Source of the DNA: Macrostomum lignano
Taxonomy: Eukaryota
NCBI GenBank assembly: GCA_002269645.1
Contig: NIVC01000356.1
Span: forward strand, 248,001-312,000
Direction: 5' to 3'
Length of the DNA stretch: 64,000 bases
The translations under genes and the position numbers were made by a program. The notes under the pieces are model-generated. The model had not been told where the DNA came from. It ran no database searches and saw only the letters and a program-made list of their open reading frames with translations. This document shows, in pieces, positions 48,597-64,000 of this stretch; positions within the stretch are counted from its first letter, which is position 1; every line of letters begins with the position of its first letter.

Positions 48597-50546
48597 AGCG
48601 GCGTTGTTGGAGTTCTTGACGGCTTTCGATTGGCGAGAGACGTTGGGCGGCCGGCTGCCAGCGGGGGTGTGGCAGTGCAACACGTGCCGCTTCAGGTGGT
48701 CCGACCTGGCGTAGGCCTTCTCGCAGTGGCTGCAGCGGTGATCTCGCACTCCGGTGTGAATTTTCAGGTGCGTGTTGAGACTGTAGGACCGGCTGAACGA
48801 CTTGTCGCAGTTCGGGCACCTGGGAAAGTTAAGGAGCCAAGTTGGAGACTGAATAATGTGGGAGAGAGGGCAACTGACCCCCCTGTGACAAGCCAAGCAT
48901 TGAAGGGGGCAGATAGCCCATTAAAAGCCGAGCTAAACACACACTGGAGGGCAGGTGACCCCATCAAAAGAAAGCCAGGTTGAACACACACTGAAGGGAG
49001 GGCAGGTGACCCCATCAAAAGAAAGCCAGGCTGAACACACACTGAAGGGAGGGCAGGTGACCCCATCAAGATACGAGCTGAACACACACTGAAGGGAGGG
49101 CAGGTGACCCATCAAGATACGAGCTGAACACACACTGAAGGGAGGGCAGGTGACCCCATCAAAAGAAAGCCAAGCTGAACACACACTGAAGGGAGGGCAG
49201 GTGACCCATCAAAAGAAAGCCAGGCTGAACACACACTGAAACACACTGAAGGGAGGGCAGGTGACCCCATCAAGATACGAGCTGAACACACACTGAAGGG
49301 AGGGCAGGTGACCCCATCAAGATACGAGCTGAACACACACTGAAGGGAGGGCAGGTGACCCCATCAAGATACGAGCTGAACACACACTGAAGGGAGGGCA
49401 GGTGACCCCATCAAGATACGAGCTGAACACACACTGAAGGGAGGGCAGGTGACCCCATCAAGATACGAGCTGAACACACACTGAAGGGAGGGCAGGTGAC
49501 CCCATCAAGATACGAGCTGAACACACACTGAAGGGAGGGCAGGTGACCCCATCAAAATAAAGCCAGGCTGAACACACACTGAAGGGAGGGCAGGTGACCC
49601 CATCAAAATAAAGCCAGACTGAACACACACTGAAGGGAGGGCAGGTGACCCCATCAAAAGAAAGCCAGGCTGAACACACACTGAAGGGAGGGCAGGTGAC
49701 CCCATCAAAAGAAAGCCAGGCTGAACACACACTGAAGGGAGGGCAGGTGACCCCATCAAAAGAAAGCCAGGCTGAACACACACTGAAGGGAGGGCAGGTG
49801 ACCCCTAGACCCGCTAGCCAGCTAGACAAGTGCAGTGGCTTCACACCTGTAATCACGCGCCCCAGTGTGAATCTTCAGATGAGTGCTCAGGCTGTAGGAT
49901 CGGCTGAACGATTTGCCGCAGGTGGGGCACCTGAAAGCGAGTACGCAAGGTACCAAGGCTTTGAAGTGTTGAAATTCCCTTTTGCTACCGAGCGTGAACC
50001 ACTATAGGAAGGAGGAGAGCACCGAGTTGCAAAGCAAGCAATGGTCTTGTCTATTAATTTAAACGCGCCAATGCTCTTAGTATATGCAGACTTTTATAGA
50101 AAACTAAACGATCTATCCAACAAAAATATGCCATAATACTTCCAGAAAAGTACAATGTCCCTGAATAGTGCACAAAGTCTCAGAAAAGTGTGTTTGCTCT
50201 CTTGTATTGTCCGTTATAAAAGTGCAACGGAACTTTAAATACATGTCTATATTAAGACAAGCTAGTATAACCAGAATTCTCGACAATACGTTAGCCACCG
50301 CCTAAAGTGCAAAGCATCTATTGGGCTGATAATTGTCAGCTACGCCAACCTGTATGGTTTGGTCTCGCTGTGCATAACAAGATGCCGTTTCAGCCGATAA
50401 CTGGACCCAAAAGCTTTGCCGCACGAGTCGCAGTTGAACGTGGCGCCACCGCTGGCGCCGTCGACAGAGCCGGCTGCGGTAGCGGCTTGAGGCTGTTGCG
50501 GCTGCTGACGCTTCGGGGTTGTCAAGGTTGCTTGATGCTGCTGTTG

Positions 50547-50577
<31 letters not shown>

Positions 50578-51011
50578 TGTTGTTGTTGTTGAAGCTGCTG
50601 TTGCTGCTGTTGTACTAACAATTGCTGCTGCTGTTGCAGCTGCTGAGATTGCAGGCTGTGCTGATGAAACAGAGCCTGCTGATGATGATGCTGGTGGGCC
50701 GCCTGCGGCTGCTGAAGCTGCTGCTGTAGCATCTGTGGAGAGAAGAGTTTTTATTAGGTAACTTTTAGCAAGCTTAAACAGAAGATGCTTGCAAATGAAG
50801 GCTGTGTGCCCTAGACGAGTTCTGCCATTTCCCTGACCTCTGGGCACGCACAGCCACGCGCTCGTACAGGATGTACAAACCGCTGAGCTGCACAGGATCG
50901 GAACTCGGAGTTTTCTAGGATTTCAAGCCTTGAACATGCATACACAGTTTTGTGCTATGAGAATTTTCACGCACACGGACAGGCAGATGACAGACAGACA
51001 CCAAGACAGAC

Positions 51012-51046
<35 letters not shown>

Positions 51047-51091
51047 TATAGACAGACAGACAGATATAGACAGACAGACAGACAGACAGAT

Positions 51092-51159
<68 letters not shown>

Positions 51160-51768
51160 CTAGACTGTCAGACAGACCTGGTGATGCTGTTGCTGCTGCT
51201 GCGGTAGTAGGTCCTGCAGCCGGACAGGCTCCAGTTTAGCCGGCACCAGCTGCTGAGCGGCGGCGGCAGCGGCAGCAGCGGCCGGGATGAGGAACAGCTG
51301 ATGATGTGGATGCTGCGGGTGCTGGCTATAATAATAGTCCAGCACATGGCCCGCTGCGCTAGTTGAAGTCATGTGAATCGGCAAGCTGGCCGTGTGAGCA
51401 GCTGTTGGCATGGAAACGGTTACCCCGGAAACAGCCGAAGTGGCGGCAACGATGGCGGTAGACTCGGACTTAACAACGCCGGTTCGGTGATGGGCAGCTG
51501 ACAGGTGCGACTGATGCTGCTGCTGTTGCTGCAGCTGCTGCTGGTGAAGCTGCTGCTGGTGAACTGCTTGAACAACCTGCTGATGCTGCTGAGCCTGCTG
51601 TTGATGCTGCGGCGGAGGCTGCTGCGGCTGCTGCTGATGCGACATCTGCTGCAGAGGCTGGTGGGCAGGGGCAGCAGCATACTGGACTCCGGCGGACGAT
51701 GGGAACACGGACAATCCGTCAGCCGTGAGGAATTGCATCGGCATGGCTAGCGGCTGCTGGAATGACAT
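48528..51768 (-). CDS. PolyQ/polyA C2H2 zinc-finger transcription factor (4 fingers)
   Basis: Exons 51768-51178, 50732-50350, 49930-49847, 48819-48528, GT-AG and phase-consistent. Fingers [48 protein letters not shown] with HSETKPY / HTGARDY / HTGVRDH linkers. Confidence 0.88.
48925..49805. repeat. 47/51-bp minisatellite in zinc-finger intron
   Basis: Unit gaacacacactgaagggagggcaggtgaccccatcaa(gatacgagct|aagaaagccaggct). Confidence 0.9.
50985..51177. repeat. (GACA)n microsatellite
   Basis: Direct reading. Confidence 0.92.
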
Positions 51769-51924
51769 ACTGACTGCAACCTGTGCTGAGAAATCCCGTT
51801 AGCTGCGTCTCTTACTGGCCTTCTGGTTCAATAGGATAGAACTGCGGCTGGAACTGCAATTATAGGTAAAGGGATTAGGATTAAGGACTGTGCGGTGGGC
51901 ACAAATATAGGCACAGACAAACAA

Positions 51925-52808
51925 GCAGATGACCATAGACATACGCAGACAGTGGCCATAGATATACAGTCTGGTGGCCATAGACATACAGTCAGATGGC
52001 CATAAATATACAGTCAAACGGCCATAGACATACACTTAGACGACCCTAGATATACATGGTTAGATGACCATAGACATACAGTCAGATGGCCATAGATAAG
52101 TCAGGTGGCCATAGACATACAGTCAGATGGCCATAGACATACAGTCAGATGGCCATAGACATACAGTCAGATGGCCATAGACATACAGTCAGATGGCCAT
52201 AGACATACAGTCAGATGGCCATAGACATACAGTCAGATGGCCATAGACACAGTCAGATGGCCATAGACATACAGTCAGATGGCCATAGACATACAGTCAG
52301 ATGGCCATAGACACAGTCAGATGGCCATAGACATACAGTCAGATGGCCATAGACATACAGTCAGGTGGCCATAGACATACAGTCAGATGGCCATAGACAT
52401 ACAGTCAGATGGCCATAGATAAGTCAGGTGGCCATAGACATACAGTCAGATGGCCATAGACATACAGTCAGATGGCCATAGACATACAGTCAGATGGCCA
52501 TAGACATACAGTCAGATGGCCATAGACATACAGTCAGATGGCCATAGACATACAGTCAGATGGCCATAGATAAGTCAGGTGGCCATAGACATACAGTCAG
52601 ATTGGCCATAGACATACAGTCAGGTGGCCATAGATATACAGTCAGATGGCCATAGACATACAGTCACATGGCCATAGACATACAGTCAGATGGCCATAGA
52701 CATACAGTCAGATGGCCATAGACATACAGTCAGATGGCCATAGACATACAGTCAGATGGCCATAGACATACAGTCAGATGGCCATAGACATTCAGTCAGA
52801 TGGCCATT
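51925..52808. repeat. 22-bp minisatellite
   Basis: Unit ggccatagacatacagtcagat. Confidence 0.92.
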
Positions 52809-53489
52809 GATAGACAAAGTTGAGCTCTAACTAAAATTTCTATTCTAACCATGAAACATAAATATCGATAGACATCAATGAAATTAATGGAAAGCAAAAA
52901 CCAGTTACAATACAGACCAAAAGAGAGCATAATATTAGTGAGTTTCAGGCCTGTATACCGGACAGCTGTGCATATTCATATTTATTTTGCTGACTAAATT
53001 TATTACCAATAATAAAATTTTCTAACTGTGGCCTAATGTACTTTTGTATAAGACAATTCAGACAAACAAATGTACAAGGTGAAATGGATATAAAGCGAAC
53101 GCACTTTCCTATGGTCAGCTAAAAAGCAACAGACAATACGGTGTTTAAGCTGAAAAAAAACTGGAAAAAGAAAGAAATTATAGGCAAAATGGAAATGATT
53201 GAAATTGGAACCGAATAACCAGAAAAAAACACATATTCGCCTGTAAATATATAGATGCGGACAGCATCACAAAAACAATAGTGTCCGCTATAGTGCCATG
53301 GATAAATAAAGACCGTCTGCATACGAATCAATAATTGGCCTAACAAAGTACGACAAAGCATGTTTGATCGAATAGGATTTTTTTAAATGGTAACCAAAAG
53401 TGACTACAGGGCAATTTGATACGCAAGAAGTTGATGCCTATAATGCTTTATTAGTTGGAAATTAAAAGTTGCAAAAAGGGATAGAGATA

Positions 53490-54445
53490 AGAGGTACAAG
53501 GGGAGATACGAATATAGAGACAGGAGATAGAGGGAGATACGGATGTAGAGATAAGAGATAGAGAGGGAGATAGATACGGATATAGAGATAAGAGATACGG
53601 ATATAGAGATGAAATAAATTGGGAAATACGGATATAGAGATAAGAGATAGATAGGGATACGGATATAGAGATAAGAAATAGATAGGGGATACGGATATAG
53701 AGATAAGAGATAGATAGGGAGATACGGATATAGAGATAAGAGATAGATAGGGAGATACGGATATAGAGATAAGAGATAGAGGGGGGGATACGGATATAGA
53801 GATAAGAGATAGAGGGGGAGATACGGATATAGAGATAAGAGATAGAGGGGGAGATACGGATATAGAGATAAGAGATAGAGGGGGAGATACGGATATAGAG
53901 ATAAGAGATAGAGGGGGAGATACGGATATAGAGATAAGAGATAGAGGGGGGGATACGGATATAGAGATAAGAGATAGAGGGGGAGATACGGATATAGAGA
54001 TAAGAGATAGAGGGGGAGATACGGATATAGAGATAAGAGATAGAGGGGGGATACGGATATAGAGATAAGAGATAGAGGGGGAGATACGGATATAGAGATA
54101 AGAGATAGAGGGGGAGATACGGATATAGAGATAAGAGATAGAGGGGGAGATACGGATATAGAGATAAGAGATAGAGGGGAGATACGGATATAGAGATAAG
54201 AGATAGAGGGGGAGATACGGATATAGAGATAAGAGATAGAGGGGGAGATACGGATATAGAGATAAGAGATAGAGGGGAGATACGGATATAGAGATAAGAG
54301 ATAGAGGGGGAGATACGGATATAGAGATAAGAGATAGAGGGGGAGATACGGATATAGAGATAAGAGATAGAGGGGGGGGATACGGATATAGAGATAAGAG
54401 ATAGAGGGGGAGATACGGATATAGAGATAAGAGATAGAGGGGAGA
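53490..54445. repeat. About 32-33-bp purine-rich minisatellite
   Basis: Unit gatacggatatagagataagagatagaggggga. Confidence 0.92.
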
Positions 54446-55171
54446 GGATAATAGAGAACAACTATTCAATTACGTAGTTATAGTTGGTTGATTGGAGAAT
54501 ATTTGTCTATGGCCAAGACAGACAAATTGGACAGGTTGTATTCATCAATATGCTACAGAGCAGTTGCTAAACCATCTGAGATGTTGAATCTTCGATCCAG
54601 CCAGACAGAAACTTTAGAGAAAATTAGTATATGATAGCAACAGCCGCTGTGTAACAAGATCTTAAACAAGTACATTATTTGTAATTTTACTAAAATTATA
54701 AATGCGAAGCATTTAACATATCCAGCTATGACAGGAACCAGATTAAACTAACAAAATCAATGACAACAAACAACAAAGTTCCATTATTTAATTAACTACG
54801 AGTATCAACCAATCAATCAATCAATCACCAATATATGAGAACTAAATAATTAAATTAAAAGTTAAACTAAAAATCCGACAGACAATCACACACATATTAT
54901 GCAAAAACAGAACTAATAAAGCATTGGATAACATCCATGACAAGTTTATAGTTTCATCAATATGGAATGACAATTGACAAGCTGGATAAAACTATCAATA
55001 ACTATATCTCATAAATCAATCAGGACTTCCGGGAGACAACAGAAAATCAAAAATGATAATTAGTTCATCGCAAAATGATTAAATTCCTTTAGCTAGCGGC
55101 ACTAATGTGTTAATTTCATAGAGGGATCATAAATTATGCAAATTCAAGTTATTAAAAGAGCTCAGGCCCGG

Positions 55172-62496
<7,325 letters not shown>

Positions 62497-62550
62497 CTGG
62501 ATGGAGGATGGTGCCGCTTTTTGTGATTGGAGTTTAGATGATGCTGACAT

Positions 62551-64000
62551 AGGTGTCTTACAGAGAGAGATGGGGTGTCTTACAGGCAGAGATGGGGTGT
62601 CTTACAGGGAGAGATGGGGTGTCTTACAGGGAGAGATGGGTGTCTTACAGGCAGAGATGGGTGTCTTACAGGCAGAGATGGGTGTCTTACAGGCAGAGAT
62701 GGGTGTCTTACAGAGAGAGATGGGGTGTCTTACAGGCAGAGATGGGTGTCTTACAGGCAGAGATGGGTGTCTTACAGGCAGAGATGGATGTCTTACAGGC
62801 AGAGATGGATGTCTTACAGGCAGTGATGGGGTGTCTTACAGGCAGAGATGGATGTCTTACAGGCAGAGATGGGGTGTCTTACAGGGAGAGATGGGGTGTC
62901 TTACAGGGAGAGATGGGTGTCTTACAGGCAGAGATGGGTGTCTTACAGGCAGAGATGGGTGTCTTACAGGCAGAGATGGGTGTCTTACAGAGAGAGATGG
63001 GGTGTCTTACAGGCAGAGATGGGTGTCTTACAGGCAGAGATGGGTGTCTTACAGGCAGAGATGGATGTCTTACAGGCAGAGATGGATGTCTTACAGGCAG
63101 TGATGGGGTGTCTTACAGGCAGAGATGGATGTCTTACAGGCAGAGATGGGGTGTCTTACAGGGAGAGATGGGGTGTCTTACAGGGAGAGATGGGTGTCTT
63201 ACAGGCAGAGATGGGTGTCTTACAGGCAGAGATGGGTGTCTTACAGGCAGAGATGGGTGTCTTACAGAGAGAGATGGGGTGTCTTACAGGCAGAGATGGG
63301 TGTCTTACAGGCAGAGATGGGTGTCTTACAGGCAGAGATGGATGTCTTACAGGCAGAGATGGATGTCTTACAGGCAGTGATGGGGTGTCTTACAGGCAGA
63401 GATGGATGTCTTACAGGCAGAGATGGGTGTCTTACAGGCAGAGATGGGTGTCTTACAGGCAGAGATGGGTGTCTTACAGGTAAAGATGGGTGTCTTACAG
63501 TGAGAGATTGGTGTCTTACAGGGAGAGATGGGGTGTCTTACAGGGAGAGATGGGGTGTCTTACAGGCAGAGATGGGTGTCTTACAGGGAGAGATGGGGTG
63601 TCTTACAGGGAGAGATGGGGTGTCTTACAGGGAGAGATGGGGTGTCTTACAGGCAGAGATGGGTGTCTTACAGGGAGAGATGGGGTGTCTTACAGGGAGA
63701 GATGGGGTGTCTTACAGGGAGAGATGGGGTGTCTTACAGGGAGAGATGGGGTGTCTTACAGGGAGAGATGGGGTGTCTTACAGGCAGATATGGGTGTCTT
63801 ACAGGCAGAGATGGGGTGTCTTACAGGGAGAGATGGATGTCTTACAGGGAGAGATGGGTGTCTTACAGGCAGAGATGGGTGTCTTACAGGGAGTGATAGG
63901 TGTCTTACAGACAGTGAGAGATGGGGTGTGTTACACAGTGAGACAGGGAGAGATGGGGTGTCTTACACAGTGAGACAGGGAGAGATGGGTGTCTTACAGG
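62551..64000. repeat. 21/22-bp minisatellite in AP1G1 intron, running off the window
   Basis: Unit gggtgtcttacaggcagagat. Confidence 0.93.

Noticed and set aside
50838-50915. Possible extra exon in zinc-finger intron 1
   Set aside because: The best donor gives phase 2, incompatible with the phase-0 flanking exons.
53308-53318. agacggtct on the minus strand, resembling part of a flatworm spliced-leader sequence as I recall it
   Set aside because: Only about 9 nt match; no following donor or Sm site recognised.
53451-54469. 335/336-aa ORFs, and similar repeat ORFs at 47.8-48.9, 57.7-58.3, 61.0-62.1 and 62.5-64.0 kb
   Set aside because: All are minisatellite translations.

Overview
Eukaryotic (metazoan) genomic DNA. 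PolyQ/polyA-rich exons and a different minisatellite in almost every intron suggest a Macrostomum-like flatworm, but that is inference. The ORF track uses bacterial start codons and ignores introns, so I rebuilt the gene models by hand from GT-AG sites and phase. Genes: an intronless clan-2 cytochrome P450 (-), a 5-exon SDHB (+), an RNF8-like FHA/coiled-coil/RING ligase with an extra C-terminal CCHC knuckle (+), a polyQ protein with four C2H2 fingers (-), and a 5'-truncated AP-1 gamma-adaptin gene (-). There is also a weaker two-exon polyQ/Cys-rich candidate at about 6.0-7.4 kb. About 7.4-36 kb is transposon-derived: an Ngaro/DIRS fragment, an 8.3-kb non-coding palindrome with 3.3-kb near-identical arms, piggyBac and RTE remnants, two tRNA-derived SINEs, several MITEs, and AT-rich CpG-depleted tracts. 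The two most notable observations are the giant foldback element and a 270-bp TIR element with an 8-bp TSD. The latter carries a 64-bp copy of the 28S rRNA R2/I-PpoI target site, rearranged at the cut site, and lies directly upstream of SDHB.
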